Positions 53,090 to 64,000 are shown, counted from the first letter of the stretch. The stretch is 64,000 nucleotides of DNA from an uncultured Pelagibacteraceae bacterium (GCA_902614655.1 CACMLX010000004.1:2930-66929), one strand, 5' to 3'. The notes: generated by a model from the sequence alone, not told the origin. Program-made: numbers and translations.

Positions 53090-54193
53090 CTAAGATTTGT
53101 AAATTTCAAGAAATTTTTTTGAAAAAGATATAAAGCTATCCTCCTCTATAGACTTTCTAATATCTGCCATAAGTTTCTGATAAAAATATATATTGTGCAA
53201 AGAAAGTAACATGCCCCCTAGCATCTCCTTTGCATTAAATAAATGATGTATATACCCAGCAGAGTAATTTTTACATACAGGATTATCTGAGTTTTTATCA
53301 ATTGGATCATCTAAATGTTTGTATTTTGCATTTCTAATATTTATCGGTCCATGACAAGTAAAGGCTTGTCCATTCCTTCCGCTTCTAGTTGGCAATACGC
53401 AATCAAACATATCAATTCCTCTAGCAACACTACCAAGAATATCATCAGGCTTGCCCACACCCATTAAATAGTGTGGTTTGTCGTCAGGTAAATGAGGTGT
53501 GGTAAATTCAAGAACCTCAAACATTTGGTCTTGACTTTCACCTACTGCAAGACCTCCTACTGCGTAACCATCAAAATTTAGATCTTCAAGAGCTTGTACA
53601 GACTCTTTTCTTAACTTCTCAAATACGCTTCCCTGAACGATACCAAATAATTTGTTGTTATTTCTTTCTATGAAATAATCTTTACATCTTTTTGCCCATC
53701 TCATAGATAATTCCATAGAGTTTTTTGCTTGATCATGGGTACAAGGAAAAGCTGTGCATTCATCAAACGCCATTACAATATCTGAGTTTAAGTTAGTTTG
53801 TATTTCCATTGAACTTTCTGGAGTAAGCATTACTTCTTTTCCATCGATATGTGATGAAAACTTAACACCTTCCTCACTAATCTTTCTTAGTTTAGCTAGA
53901 GAAAATACTTGGTATCCACCAGAATCTGTGAGTATAGGTTTGTCCCAATTCATAAAATTATGAAGTCCACCGAATTCTTTTATTAGTTCGGACCCTGGTC
54001 TGAGCATTAGATGATAAGTATTTCCTAAAAGTATTTCTGAGCCTGTTTCAATAAGGTCCTTAGTAAAGACACCTTTGACAGTTGCAGCTGTACCAACTGG
54101 CATAAAAGCAGGTGTATTTATCTCCCCATGAGAGGTTATTAATTTACCTCTTCTTGCATTTCCATCTTTTTTTAGTATTTTAAATTCGCTCAT
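53090..54193 (-). CDS. tgt: Queuine tRNA-ribosyltransferase
   Basis: TPAFMPVGT, TDSGGYQ, GIVQG, YLMGVG, DCVLPTR. Confidence 0.97.
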   Translation of the reverse strand: MSEFKILKKDGNARRGKLITSHGEINTPAFMPVGTAATVKGVFTKDLIETGSEILLGNTYHLMLRPGSELIKEFGGLHNFMNWDKPILTDSGGYQVFSLAKLRKISEEGVKFSSHIDGKEVMLTPESSMEIQTNLNSDIVMAFDECTAFPCTHDQAKNSMELSMRWAKRCKDYFIERNNNKLFGIVQGSVFEKLRKESVQALEDLNFDGYAVGGLAVGESQDQMFEVLEFTTPHLPDDKPHYLMGVGKPDDILGSVARGIDMFDCVLPTRSGRNGQAFTCHGPINIRNAKYKHLDDPIDKNSDNPVCKNYSAGYIHHLFNAKEMLGGMLLSLHNIYFYQKLMADIRKSIEEDSFISFSKKFLEIYKS

Positions 54194-55212
54194 TTCTTAA
54201 ATAGTAAACTAACATCACCGTATGAAAAAAAACGGTATTTATTTGTTACAGCATGTTTATAAATTTTAAAAATTTCTTTAGTGCCTACAAATGCGGAGAC
54301 TAATAGTAATAAAGTAGATTTTGGTAAATGAAAGTTAGTCAATAGCATATCAACAATTTGAAACTTATATCCAGGCTTTATAAATATATTAGTTTCTCTA
54401 TTAAATTTCTCCACTTGATTATTTTTTGCGGCACTTTCTAAAAGTCTAAGTGTCGTTGTACCAACAGCAATAATTTTTCCACCTTTTTTCTTACATTGAT
54501 TAATTTTCAGTGCAGTTTTTTCATCAATTATTCCATACTCAGAATGCATTACATGATTATCAACATCCTCGTTTCTTATTGGTAAGAATGTACCGGCCCC
54601 AACATGTAAAGTAATCTCCACTAATTGATCACTCTCAACCAGTTTATTTATTATTGTATCATTAAAATGTAAACCAGCAGTAGGAGCTGCTACAGAACCT
54701 TTTTTCTTTGCATATACTGTCTGATAATCAGTAAAATCCTTTTTGTCACTTTTTCTTTTTTTTTGAATATATGGCGGCAGCGGCATAAGTCCAAATTGAT
54801 TCAAATAATTATCAAATTCTTCCTCACTGCAATTAAATTCTAATTCAACCTCACCATAATCTGATTTTTTTCTAACTATACAAGAGATCTCATTATTGAA
54901 ACTGATTATACTGTTTTCATTTACTTTCTTTGCGGGTTTCAAAAATGCAAGCCATTTATTGCTTGATAGTTTTTTATGAAGCGTAACCTTAATGTTTTTT
55001 TTTGAGTGAAATCCTTCAAGGAAAATAGGGATAACTTTTGTGTTGTTAATCACAACCAAGTCATTATGGCCAACATAATCAATAAATTTACTGAAGTTCG
55101 CATCAGATATTTCATTTTTATAAACCAACATCCTCGATTCTTCTCGAGGCTCACACGGTCTTTCAGCGATCAGATTATCAGGCAGTTCAAAGTCAAATTG
55201 ACTTAATTTCAT
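54190..55212 (-). CDS. queA: SAM:tRNA ribosyltransferase-isomerase
   Basis: PLPPYI, AAPTAGLHF, LHVGAGTF, TNFHLP, YRFFSYGD. Confidence 0.97.
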   Translation of the reverse strand: MKLSQFDFELPDNLIAERPCEPREESRMLVYKNEISDANFSKFIDYVGHNDLVVINNTKVIPIFLEGFHSKKNIKVTLHKKLSSNKWLAFLKPAKKVNENSIISFNNEISCIVRKKSDYGEVELEFNCSEEEFDNYLNQFGLMPLPPYIQKKRKSDKKDFTDYQTVYAKKKGSVAAPTAGLHFNDTIINKLVESDQLVEITLHVGAGTFLPIRNEDVDNHVMHSEYGIIDEKTALKINQCKKKGGKIIAVGTTTLRLLESAAKNNQVEKFNRETNIFIKPGYKFQIVDMLLTNFHLPKSTLLLLVSAFVGTKEIFKIYKHAVTNKYRFFSYGDVSLLFKK

Positions 55213-55217
55213 GAAAA

Positions 55218-55769
55218 TTATAGATCTGCAATGACCCTCACAGTTAACATTTCATCAGGGTCATCTACACTTCCAGAGCCTGGCTCTCCTCGTTTAATCA
55301 TGTCAACAAACTCCATCCCTTCTACGACTTGACCAAAAACAGTATACTGGCCGTCTAAATGTGGAGCTTCAGCAAAACAGATAAAAAATTGACTATTAGC
55401 TGAATCCGGGTCGGCTGTTCTTGCCATTGATACTGTTCCACGAAGATGAGGTGTATTACCAAATTCATTTTTCAAATCAGGTTTGGTAGATCCGCCTGTT
55501 CCATTTCTATTTTCGCCATCACCAGTTTGAGCCATAAAGCCCTCTATAACACGGTGAAAAGGTACTCCATCATAAAAGCCCTCTCTTGCAAGTTCTTTGA
55601 TTCTATTAACGTGATTTGGAGCAATATTAGGCAGTAATTCTATTATTACATTACCATCTTTCAGCTCTATTTGGATTGAATTTTCTGGATCATTTGCCAT
55701 GACAACTCCTTCTGCGATTAACGCTATAAAAAATGAAAATACAAAGATTAAAGTTCTTGTTAATTTCAT
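55218..55769 (-). CDS. Cyclophilin-type peptidyl-prolyl isomerase (signal peptide)
   Basis: FHRVIEGFMAQTGD, SMART, SANSQFFI, YTVFG. Confidence 0.93.
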   Translation of the reverse strand: MKLTRTLIFVFSFFIALIAEGVVMANDPENSIQIELKDGNVIIELLPNIAPNHVNRIKELAREGFYDGVPFHRVIEGFMAQTGDGENRNGTGGSTKPDLKNEFGNTPHLRGTVSMARTADPDSANSQFFICFAEAPHLDGQYTVFGQVVEGMEFVDMIKRGEPGSGSVDDPDEMLTVRVIADL

Positions 55770-55774
55770 TTTAT

Positions 55775-56254
55775 TTATTTGAATTTATCTTTTAATTTTT
55801 GCTCAACAAACTTATTTGTAAAATTACTGATATTTCCTCCCAAGCGTGCAATTTCTTTTACAAAATTAGAGGAAATTGATTGCCGTTGAGCGTCTGCCAT
55901 TAAGAATACTGTTTCAATATTATTATCTAATTGTCTATTCATACCCAACATCTGAAACTCATATTCAAAATCAGAAACAACACGAAGACCTCTTATGAGT
56001 ATCTTTGCATCTAGCGAATTAGCTAAATCAATTAATAAATTATCAAATGCAATTACTTCAATTTTATCATTTGATGAAAACTCATTTTCTATCATTTCCT
56101 TTCTTTCATCTAAATCAAATAAAGGAGATTTATGTGGGCTGTCAGCAACTGCGATATATAATTTATCAACAAGTTTTGTAGCCCTATTGATAATATCAAT
56201 ATGCCCTTTATGAATGGGATCAAAGCTTCCAGGATATATGCCAGTTCTTCTCAT
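55775..56254 (-). CDS. coaD: Phosphopantetheine adenylyltransferase
   Basis: YPGSFDP..KGH, RGLR..DFEYE, ISS. Confidence 0.97.
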   Translation of the reverse strand: MRRTGIYPGSFDPIHKGHIDIINRATKLVDKLYIAVADSPHKSPLFDLDERKEMIENEFSSNDKIEVIAFDNLLIDLANSLDAKILIRGLRVVSDFEYEFQMLGMNRQLDNNIETVFLMADAQRQSISSNFVKEIARLGGNISNFTNKFVEQKLKDKFK

Positions 56255-56297
56255 GTTTGGAATATATAATGATTATTTAAAGACCTCTAGTAATTTA

Positions 56298-59003
56298 TTA
56301 ACTATCTAGCTCAACTCTACTTGCAGAAACAACTTTTTCTTCTTTTGTTGTTTTAAATATACTTACTCCCTGAGTGTTTCTGCCAGCTACGCGAACATCC
56401 TTTACCGGGCAGCGAATTAATTGACCTGTTTTAGTTATCAGCATTATATCATCATCGTTATTGACTGGAAAAGAAGCCAGAACATCACCATTTCTATCTG
56501 ATGTCGCAATACACACAATGCCTGATCCTCCGCGGTTAGAAACTCTAAACTGGTAAGATGAAGATCTTTTGCCAAAGCCATTTTCAGTAACGGTTAAAAT
56601 GAATTGTTCACTCGCTTTTAATTCATCATATCGATCCTTAGATATTTCAATGTCAGAAACAGAGTTATCAATATCATTATCGTCACTCTCAGCTTCCTCT
56701 TGCATTCCTTTTTCCTTTGAAATCATTTTTAAGTAAGCTTTTGCTTCTGCTGACGATACATCAGTATGAGAAATGACAGAAATTGAAATAATTTTATCAT
56801 CTTTTGTTAGCCTGATGCCCCTTACACCTACCGAACTCCTACTTTTTGTTGTTCTCAATTTTGAAACAGGAGTTCGAATACACTTTCCATGTTTTGTTGA
56901 TAGTAAAATATCGTCTTCATCACTGCAAAGTTTTACACCTACGATTGCATTATTATTATCTAATTTCATTGCAATTTTACCATTTGCTTGAATCCTTTTG
57001 AAATCTTCTAAACTATTTTTTCTGATGCTACCGTCCGACGTTGCAAAGATTAAATAGTCATTACCATTTGATTGTTTATTTTCTGGCAACACAAGGATAC
57101 TTGATAGACTTTCAGTATTTTTAAGATTTAAGAGATTTATTATTGCTTTGCCCTTAGCTTGGGGTGATGACTCAGGAATCTTCCATGTCTTAAGTTTATA
57201 AGCTATTCCTCCAGATGAGAAAAATAGCATATTGTCATGAGTACTTGATGTAAAAACTTGAGTCACAAAATCTTCTTCATTTGTTTTCATTCCCGCTCTT
57301 CCTTTACCTCCTCTTTTCTGTGCTCTGTACATATTTAAAGGAACCCTTTTTATATAACCTGAGTTTGTTACACTCACGACCATATCACTTCTTTGAACAA
57401 GGTCTTCTTGATTAATATCTGTAGCCTCACCCTCATTGATTTCTGTTCTTCTTGGTATTGCAAATTGCTTTTTAATTTCATTTAGCTCAACATTTATTAC
57501 ATCATTTAATACCTCCGTATCCCTTAATATTGAGAGGAATTTGTTTATTTGACTGGAAAGATCTGACAATTCTGACTTGATCTCATCTTTACCTAGAGCA
57601 GTCAAACGTTGCAATCTTAACTCTAATATTGCTTTGGCCTGCTCGTCTGTTAAATAAATTTCTTTTTCATTTTTAATTTGCCTTGGGTCATCAACTAACT
57701 TTAACAAATCATCAATGTCCTTGCTTAGCCACTTAGTTTTAAGAAGCGAGGTTCTTGCCTCATTAGGATCTTTCGAGCTTTTAATAATTTCTATTATTTG
57801 ATCAACATTAGCTACAGCAACTGCTAGGCCAATCAATACATGGGCCCTATCTCTTGCTTTGCCAAGATCATGTCGAGTCCTGTTTCTGATTATTTCTTTT
57901 CTGAATTCTATAAAATGGTGAATGAATTCTTTTATATTCATTAATTTCGGTTTTCCGTTTACCAACGCCAATGAATTAACCCCGTAAGAACTTTGTAGTG
58001 CGGTAAATTTATATAATTTATTTAATACAACTTGTGATATTACTCCTTTTTTTAATTCAACAACAACCCTCACTCCTTGACGGTCAGACTCATCTCTTAA
58101 ATCACTTATACCATCAATTTTTTTATCTCTGACAAGTTCAGCTATTTTCTCAAGCAAAGATGATTTGTTAACTTGGTAGGGTACTTCTGTAAATACGATT
58201 GCCTCTCGATCTGTTTTAAATTCCTCTATGTTTGATTTTGCCTGAACAATGATTGAGCCTCTTCCTGATGACTGAGAGTCTTTTATGCCTTTTATGCCAA
58301 TTATTGTTCCACCCGTAGGAAAGTCTGGGCCTTTTATAATTTGATTTATTTCATCAAAAGTTACATCGGTATTTTTAAGGTAAGTAATACTAGCATCAAT
58401 GACCTCTCCTAAATTATGAGGTAAAATGTTAGTCGCCATACCAACAGCTATACCACCTGCACCGTTGACAAGTAGGTTTGGATATTTTGCAGGAAGAACA
58501 GATGGCTCACTCTCAGTTTCATCATAATTAGGTCTAAAGTCGACCGTTTCTTTTTCTATATCTTCAAGAAGGAAACTAGCAATTTTTGCCATTCTAACCT
58601 CCGTATATCTCATTGCAGCAGCCCTATCACCGTCCATTGATCCAAAATTACCTTGACCATCTAACAGTGGCACGCTCATTGAAAAGTCTTGGGCAAGTCT
58701 GACCAACGCATCATAAACAGCTTGATCTCCATGCGGATGGTATTTACCAATTACATCACCGACAACTCGAGCACTCTTTCTGTGTTGCTTATTCCACTCA
58801 TAGCCTGACTCATGCATTGCATATAAAATCCGTCTATGAACTGGTTTTAGTCCGTCTCGAACATCGGGTAATGCCCTGCTAACGATTACGCTCATAGCGT
58901 AATCGAGGTAAGAATTTTGCATTTCTGTATCGATTAATATGGGGATTACAGATTGCTCTTTACCTGTTTTAAGATCTTCGTTTTGATCCTTGGAATCAGT
59001 CAA
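56298..59003 (-). CDS. gyrA: DNA gyrase subunit A
   Basis: [22 protein letters not shown], GyrA-box QKRGGKG. Confidence 0.97.
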   Translation of the reverse strand: MTDSKDQNEDLKTGKEQSVIPILIDTEMQNSYLDYAMSVIVSRALPDVRDGLKPVHRRILYAMHESGYEWNKQHRKSARVVGDVIGKYHPHGDQAVYDALVRLAQDFSMSVPLLDGQGNFGSMDGDRAAAMRYTEVRMAKIASFLLEDIEKETVDFRPNYDETESEPSVLPAKYPNLLVNGAGGIAVGMATNILPHNLGEVIDASITYLKNTDVTFDEINQIIKGPDFPTGGTIIGIKGIKDSQSSGRGSIIVQAKSNIEEFKTDREAIVFTEVPYQVNKSSLLEKIAELVRDKKIDGISDLRDESDRQGVRVVVELKKGVISQVVLNKLYKFTALQSSYGVNSLALVNGKPKLMNIKEFIHHFIEFRKEIIRNRTRHDLGKARDRAHVLIGLAVAVANVDQIIEIIKSSKDPNEARTSLLKTKWLSKDIDDLLKLVDDPRQIKNEKEIYLTDEQAKAILELRLQRLTALGKDEIKSELSDLSSQINKFLSILRDTEVLNDVINVELNEIKKQFAIPRRTEINEGEATDINQEDLVQRSDMVVSVTNSGYIKRVPLNMYRAQKRGGKGRAGMKTNEEDFVTQVFTSSTHDNMLFFSSGGIAYKLKTWKIPESSPQAKGKAIINLLNLKNTESLSSILVLPENKQSNGNDYLIFATSDGSIRKNSLEDFKRIQANGKIAMKLDNNNAIVGVKLCSDEDDILLSTKHGKCIRTPVSKLRTTKSRSSVGVRGIRLTKDDKIISISVISHTDVSSAEAKAYLKMISKEKGMQEEAESDDNDIDNSVSDIEISKDRYDELKASEQFILTVTENGFGKRSSSYQFRVSNRGGSGIVCIATSDRNGDVLASFPVNNDDDIMLITKTGQLIRCPVKDVRVAGRNTQGVSIFKTTKEEKVVSASRVELDS

Positions 59004-59081
59004 TTCTATTTCCTATTGAAGCGCTAAAAATCCCAAAAAAATAGGAAAAATAAGCACGATTTTGTTATAAAAATTAAGTTT

Positions 59082-59110
59082 ATTATACCAGAAAATTGCC
59101 CAGTTTTCGA
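59082..59110 (-). promoter_or_regulatory. Putative sigma-70 promoter of gyrA
   Basis: Extended -10 TGGTATAAT (59082-59090) with TCGAAA 17 bp upstream of the hexamer. Confidence 0.55.
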
Positions 59111-59125
59111 TTGAAAAAAGTAGAC

Positions 59126-59584
59126 TTAAAAAGGTATTTCGTCGTCTATATCAAGGTCAGGTGGAGCGCCTTCTCCCATATCTTGATTTATATCTGAACC
59201 CATATCTGGAATTGAATCGCCGCCTCCTGAGTTCCTTGAGTCAAGCATGGTAAGTGTGCCATTGTAGTTTCCAAGAACAATTTCAGTCGTATATTTTTCA
59301 ACTCCACTCTGATCTGTAAATTTCCTAGTTTGTAATTGGCCTTCAATGTAAATTTTTGAACCTTTTTTAAGGTAACTCTCAACAACACCTGCTAAACCAT
59401 CGTTAAATATGACTATTCTATGCCAACTGGTTTTTTCTTTTTTCTCTCCTGTAACCTTGTCTTTCCATGACTCGGATGTGGCTAAGCTAAGCTGGGCAAG
59501 CTTTTTTCCATCTTGAGTCTGACGCATTACGGGGTCTGCTCCAAGATTACCTATTAGCATTACTTTATTTAAACTAGCAGCCAT
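59126..59584 (-). CDS. ssb: Single-stranded DNA-binding protein
   Basis: [17 protein letters not shown]-terminal DDEIPF. Confidence 0.97.
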   Translation of the reverse strand: MAASLNKVMLIGNLGADPVMRQTQDGKKLAQLSLATSESWKDKVTGEKKEKTSWHRIVIFNDGLAGVVESYLKKGSKIYIEGQLQTRKFTDQSGVEKYTTEIVLGNYNGTLTMLDSRNSGGGDSIPDMGSDINQDMGEGAPPDLDIDDEIPF

Positions 59585-59693
59585 ATACTGTAATTTATCC
59601 AGATATTGATGCGCTGTACATACAAAAATCCCTATTTTACTGTTTATGCACAGGTTATCTTTAAATCAGGAGTGTTAAGATTAATTAATTCTT

Positions 59694-62522
59694 ATGAGTA
59701 AGACAATTTCCGTACAAGGAGCTCGTGAACATAATCTAAAAAATGTTAACGTCAAAATACCCCGTGAGAAGCTGACAATAATAACTGGTTTGTCTGGATC
59801 AGGAAAATCTTCTCTTGCATTTGATACTATTTATGCTGAAGGTCAAAGAAGATACGTTGAGAGCTTATCGGCTTATGCAAGACAGTTTTTGCAAATGATG
59901 CAAAAACCAAATGTTGATTTAATAGAAGGATTAAGTCCCGCAATTTCCATCGAACAGAAAACAACATCAAAAAATCCTAGGTCAACAGTTGGAACTGTTA
60001 CTGAGGTTTATGATTATCTTCGTCTTCTTTTTGCGAGGATTGGAATACCCTATTCTCCTGCAACCGGATTACCTATTAAAAGTCAGACAGTGACTCAAAT
60101 AGTTGATCGAATAAAAGAAAGAGAAATCGGTTCAAAGTTTCTAATATTGTCTCCAATTATCAGAGGAAGAAAAGGTGAGTATAAAAAAGAATTACAAGAA
60201 TTGCACAAAAAAGGTTTTCAAAGAGTGAAGATTGATGGAGAATTATACGAATTCGATTCCTTACCTGAAATTGATAAAAAGAAGAAACATGATATCGAGG
60301 TTGTAGTAGACCGTATCCTACTAAATGATGAGATAGGCAACAGGTTGGCGGATAGTGTCGAAACTGCTCTCAATTTAAGTGATGGATTGGTGATCGTTGA
60401 AAACTTCGAAAACAAAAATGGTAAAGTAGATAATGAACTATTTTCATCAAAATTTGCTTGTCCAGTATCCGGTTTCACAATTGACGAAATTGAACCCAGG
60501 TTATTTTCTTTTAATAATCCTTATGGAGCATGTGAGGAGTGTGATGGAATTGGAACCGATTTATCAATTGATCCTAATCTAGTTGTTCCAAATAAAAATC
60601 TGTCAATAAATGAGGATGCACTTGCTCCTTGGCCAGTCTCGAGATACGGGTATTTTAGAAATATTTTAAAGGTTGTAGCTAGAAAATATAAATTTTCACT
60701 TGATACACCCTGGAAATCACTAGGAAAAAAAATTCAAAACATAGTTCTTTATGGCTCTGGCGAAACAGAATTAAAGTTTACTTATGATGACGGTTATGAA
60801 TATGAAAGGCCTTTCGAAGGAGTAATTAATAATCTTGAGCGCAGATATCTAGAGACAGAAAGTGATTGGATGCGTGGAAGAATTGAGAGATATCAAAGTG
60901 AAGTAAGATGTCATGCATGCAATGGTTTTAGGCTTAAAGAGACTGCATTGGCTGTAAAGATAGACAAACTGCACATAGGTGAAGTATGCGACAAATCTAT
61001 TAAAGAACTTGTTATCTGGTTTCAGAAACTTGAAAAAAAATTAACTAAAAAAGAAAAAGAAATTGCATTTAGAATTCTTAAAGAACTCAATGAAAGAATA
61101 CTTTTTTTAAATAATGTAGGGCTTGAATATCTAACTCTTTCAAGAGGTTCGGGTAGTTTATCAGGCGGTGAATCACAACGAATTCGTCTGGCATCACAAA
61201 TTGGATCAGGTTTAACAGGAGTTCTATATGTGCTTGACGAACCTTCGATTGGCTTGCATCAGCGTGATAATGAAAGATTGTTAAAAACACTTAAAAGATT
61301 AAGAGATCTTGGAAATACAGTTATTGTCGTTGAGCATGATGAAGAGGCAATCACAACTGCTGATCATGTAGTTGACTTGGGACCAGCTGCTGGCGTCAAT
61401 GGTGGAAGAGTAGTTGCTGAAGGTAATGTTGCTAAAATTAAAAAAAATCAAAATAGCATTACTGGTCAATACTTATCTGGTAAACTAAAAATTGAAATAC
61501 CTAGTAATAGAAGAAAAGCACTAAATAATAAATATATCGAAATTATAAAAGCTGAGGGTAATAATCTTAAAAATGTCAATTGCGAAATTCCTCTTGGAAC
61601 ACTTACTTGTATTACCGGAGTTTCTGGTAGTGGTAAATCAACTTTAACAATTAATACGCTTTTTAAGTCAGTCGCCCAAACATTGAACGGGTCAAGGTAT
61701 ACACCTGCAAAACATAAGGAAATAAAGGGGCTTCAAGAGCTTGATAAAGTCATAGATATTGACCAATCTCCAATTGGAAGAACCCCAAGATCAAATCCTG
61801 CAACGTATACCGGAGCCTTCACTTTTATAAGGGATTGGTTTACTGGTTTGCCGGAGTCAAAAGCCAGGGGTTATAAAGCTGGAAGATTTTCATTTAATGT
61901 TAAGGGTGGTAGATGTGAAGCTTGTGAAGGTGATGGTGTAATTAAGATAGAGATGCACTTTCTTCCTGATGTATATGTCACCTGTGATGAATGTGAGGGC
62001 AAAAGATACAATAGAGAAACGCTTGAAATTAAGTACAAAGATAAAAGTATTGCAGATATTTTAGATATGACAGTTGAAGAAGGATGTTCTTTTTTTGAAG
62101 CAATTCCAATGATTAAAAAGAAACTCGACACACTTCAAAATGTAGGACTTGGGTATATAAAAATTGGTCAGCAAGCTACTACTTTATCGGGTGGTGAAGC
62201 GCAACGAATTAAACTTTCAAAAGAACTTTCAAAAAGAGCCACAGGTAAAACCTTGTATATACTTGATGAGCCAACTACGGGACTTCATGTGCATGACATT
62301 AAGAAACTTCTCGAGGTACTTCAAATTTTAGTTGATCAGGGCAACACTGTTGTTGTGATAGAGCATAATTTAGATGTAATAAAAACAGCTGATTGGATCA
62401 TTGACTTGGGCCCGGAAGGGGGTGACGGTGGCGGTGAAATAATAGGAAGCGGTTCACCAGAAGAAATTGCAAAAGTCAAAAAAAGTTATACAGGACAATA
62501 TTTAAATAAAATCCTAAAATAG
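59694..62522 (+). CDS. uvrA: Excinuclease ABC subunit A
   Basis: Two ABC modules ([23 protein letters not shown]), Zn fingers; divergent from ssb. Confidence 0.98.
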   Translation: MSKTISVQGAREHNLKNVNVKIPREKLTIITGLSGSGKSSLAFDTIYAEGQRRYVESLSAYARQFLQMMQKPNVDLIEGLSPAISIEQKTTSKNPRSTVGTVTEVYDYLRLLFARIGIPYSPATGLPIKSQTVTQIVDRIKEREIGSKFLILSPIIRGRKGEYKKELQELHKKGFQRVKIDGELYEFDSLPEIDKKKKHDIEVVVDRILLNDEIGNRLADSVETALNLSDGLVIVENFENKNGKVDNELFSSKFACPVSGFTIDEIEPRLFSFNNPYGACEECDGIGTDLSIDPNLVVPNKNLSINEDALAPWPVSRYGYFRNILKVVARKYKFSLDTPWKSLGKKIQNIVLYGSGETELKFTYDDGYEYERPFEGVINNLERRYLETESDWMRGRIERYQSEVRCHACNGFRLKETALAVKIDKLHIGEVCDKSIKELVIWFQKLEKKLTKKEKEIAFRILKELNERILFLNNVGLEYLTLSRGSGSLSGGESQRIRLASQIGSGLTGVLYVLDEPSIGLHQRDNERLLKTLKRLRDLGNTVIVVEHDEEAITTADHVVDLGPAAGVNGGRVVAEGNVAKIKKNQNSITGQYLSGKLKIEIPSNRRKALNNKYIEIIKAEGNNLKNVNCEIPLGTLTCITGVSGSGKSTLTINTLFKSVAQTLNGSRYTPAKHKEIKGLQELDKVIDIDQSPIGRTPRSNPATYTGAFTFIRDWFTGLPESKARGYKAGRFSFNVKGGRCEACEGDGVIKIEMHFLPDVYVTCDECEGKRYNRETLEIKYKDKSIADILDMTVEEGCSFFEAIPMIKKKLDTLQNVGLGYIKIGQQATTLSGGEAQRIKLSKELSKRATGKTLYILDEPTTGLHVHDIKKLLEVLQILVDQGNTVVVIEHNLDVIKTADWIIDLGPEGGDGGGEIIGSGSPEEIAKVKKSYTGQYLNKILK

Positions 62523-62570
62523 TTACATAAATATTTTACATACACGCATAAAACATGCTATGAATAGTTA

Positions 62571-63179
62571 ATGGCATCAATTTTACAATCATTACAGAGA
62601 ACAGTTATTCTTGGAACTCTGTTGGCAATTCTATTGCTCATTATGGTTACAGGCCACTATGGCGGTTTTGACCAACTATATTGGGCCTCACTCTCGAGAT
62701 TTCTTCACGTCATATCTGGAGTGATGTGGATTGGGCTTCTCTATTACTTTAACTTTGTGCAGATTCCTAATATGCCAAATATTCCTGATGAGCAAAAACC
62801 AGCAATAGGAAAAGTTATTGCCCCTGCGGCACTTTTCTGGTTCAGATGGGCTGCTTTAGCAACATTAATCACAGGACTTACAACTCTTGCTCTTTATTAT
62901 GGACATGAAGGATCAGTCAACGCTCTTACATTTACATTGGCTTATGGATTTAATGGTAAAGAACTTACAATAGGTATTGGTATGTGGCTTGCTATTATAA
63001 TGGCTTATAATGTATGGATGGTTATTTGGCCAAATCAAAAGAAAGCATTGGGAATTGTTGAAGTTGATGCAGATACAAAAGCAAAATCAGCTAGAACAGC
63101 TATGCTGTTCTCAAGAACGAACACAGTACTTTCCATTCCTATGTTGCTATCAATGGTAGTTGCACAAAATCTCTACTAA
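62571..63179 (+). CDS. Urate-oxidase N-terminal/PuuD-family membrane protein (COG3748-like)
   Basis: RFLHVISGVMWIGLLYYFNFVQ, ALFWFRW, NVWMVIWPNQKK, SRTNT. Confidence 0.8.
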   Translation: MASILQSLQRTVILGTLLAILLLIMVTGHYGGFDQLYWASLSRFLHVISGVMWIGLLYYFNFVQIPNMPNIPDEQKPAIGKVIAPAALFWFRWAALATLITGLTTLALYYGHEGSVNALTFTLAYGFNGKELTIGIGMWLAIIMAYNVWMVIWPNQKKALGIVEVDADTKAKSARTAMLFSRTNTVLSIPMLLSMVVAQNLY

Positions 63180-63180
63180 T

Positions 63181-64000
63181 TTATCTCGTAGAGTCTACTG
63201 CTGAAGTTGTATTCCACTCACGTTTAACATCAAGGTATCTAAGTAATGGTGCTGCTACAAAGATAGATGAATATGTTCCGACTACTACCCCCCAAATCAT
63301 TGCGAACGTAAACCCTTTAATCACTTCACCTCCAAAAATAAATAATGATAATAAAGCTAAAAGCGTGGTAACGGATGTTACGATTGTTCTTGATAAAGTA
63401 TCGTTGATCGACAAATTTAACAAATCTGTAATTTCCTTTGAACGGTACTTGCGTAAGTTTTCTCTGACCCTATCGTACACAACTACTGTATCATTCATAG
63501 AGTATCCAACAATAGTAAGTATTGCAGCAATGATAGGTAGATTGAACTCTAGTTGAGTAATACAAAAAACTCCAATCGTTAATATGACGTCATGAACAAG
63601 CGCTAGAACTGCACCAAGCGAAAATTGCCATTCAAACCTAAACCATATGTAAACAAGCATTGCAAATACTGCGACAAAAATTGCTATGGCACCAGATTGT
63701 ATTAATTCTCCACTAACTTTAGGTCCTACAACCTCAGTTCTTCTAAAATTAATATCTGTTGAAAGATAAGATTCTAAGCTTTCTTTTACAATTTGAACAA
63801 CATCTTGTTGAACTTGATCTCCACCTAATTGTTGCTCCACTCTTATTAGTAAATTTTTACTAGATCCAAATTCTTGAACTTGGACATCCCCTAGTTCAAG
63901 AGTATTTAAGTTATCCCTCAAGCCAGAAATTTCTATTTCTTGAGATGTTTCGATTTCAATAAGTGTGCCGCCCTTAAAATCAATTCCAAAATTTAATCCA
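63181..64000 (-). CDS. secF: Protein translocase subunit SecF (5' end beyond window)
   Basis: Frame open to the window end (GLNFGIDFKGGT); VGP, HDV, GYSMNDTVVVYDRVREN, GTYSSIFVA. Confidence 0.96.
   Translation of the reverse strand, partial: GLNFGIDFKGGTLIEIETSQEIEISGLRDNLNTLELGDVQVQEFGSSKNLLIRVEQQLGGDQVQQDVVQIVKESLESYLSTDINFRRTEVVGPKVSGELIQSGAIAIFVAVFAMLVYIWFRFEWQFSLGAVLALVHDVILTIGVFCITQLEFNLPIIAAILTIVGYSMNDTVVVYDRVRENLRKYRSKEITDLLNLSINDTLSRTIVTSVTTLLALLSLFIFGGEVIKGFTFAMIWGVVVGTYSSIFVAAPLLRYLDVKREWNTTSAVDSTR

Noticed and set aside
56600-56770. Acidic insertion in the GyrA C-terminal domain
   Set aside because: A typical feature of alphaproteobacterial GyrA
59586-59655. E. coli-type LexA box or replication origin at ssb/uvrA
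   Set aside because: CTG-CAG spacing is 8-9 rather than 10; two imperfect DnaA-like boxes in 109 bp are too few for oriC
60450-60475. UvrA first Zn finger CPVS with a missing Cys
   Set aside because: Common in alphaproteobacterial UvrA
989-63556. Many 60-110 aa ORFs antisense or out of frame within core genes (e.g. 989-1237, 10784-11089, 22660-22962, 43042-43335, 50024-50341)
   Set aside because: Fully nested in well-conserved genes with no motifs or RBS; typical shadow ORFs
1-64000. CRISPR arrays, IS elements, rRNA, programmed frameshifts or in-frame stop recoding
   Set aside because: No regularly spaced repeats, transposases, rRNA-like tracts or split genes observed; almost all sequence is explained by intact CDSs

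Overview
AT-rich (roughly 30% GC by eye), densely packed core chromosome segment of an alphaproteobacterium, probably a streamlined marine lineage (inferred from gene order, overlapping genes and tiny spacers). It contains frr'-pyrH-tsf-rpsB, dnaE-lolD-lolC/E-proS-mce-rnj-coaX-birA, a complete nuoA-N operon, a ~4 kb accessory cassette between nuoA and tRNA-Asp/tRNA-Val, hup-lon-clpX-clpP-tig-tRNA-Leu, small accessory genes, nnr, an unusual glnB-glnII-glnA operon, scattered acyl-CoA/aldehyde catabolic genes, parE, tgt-queA-ppi-coaD-gyrA-ssb/uvrA and secF'. No CRISPR array, integrase, transposase or prophage gene was seen. Two things stand out. (1) Complex I looks remodelled: NuoG carries a ~150-aa in-frame insertion with an internal duplicated W-x-D-L-x-x-x-Q motif, and NuoD/NuoB have substitutions at normally conserved quinone-site positions (GPQHP->GPVHP; C-terminal D->A). 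(2) In the nitrogen operon a GSII is inserted between glnB and glnA, and the PII protein has a rewritten, shortened T-loop. Family assignments and consensus comparisons are from recalled motifs, not database searches.
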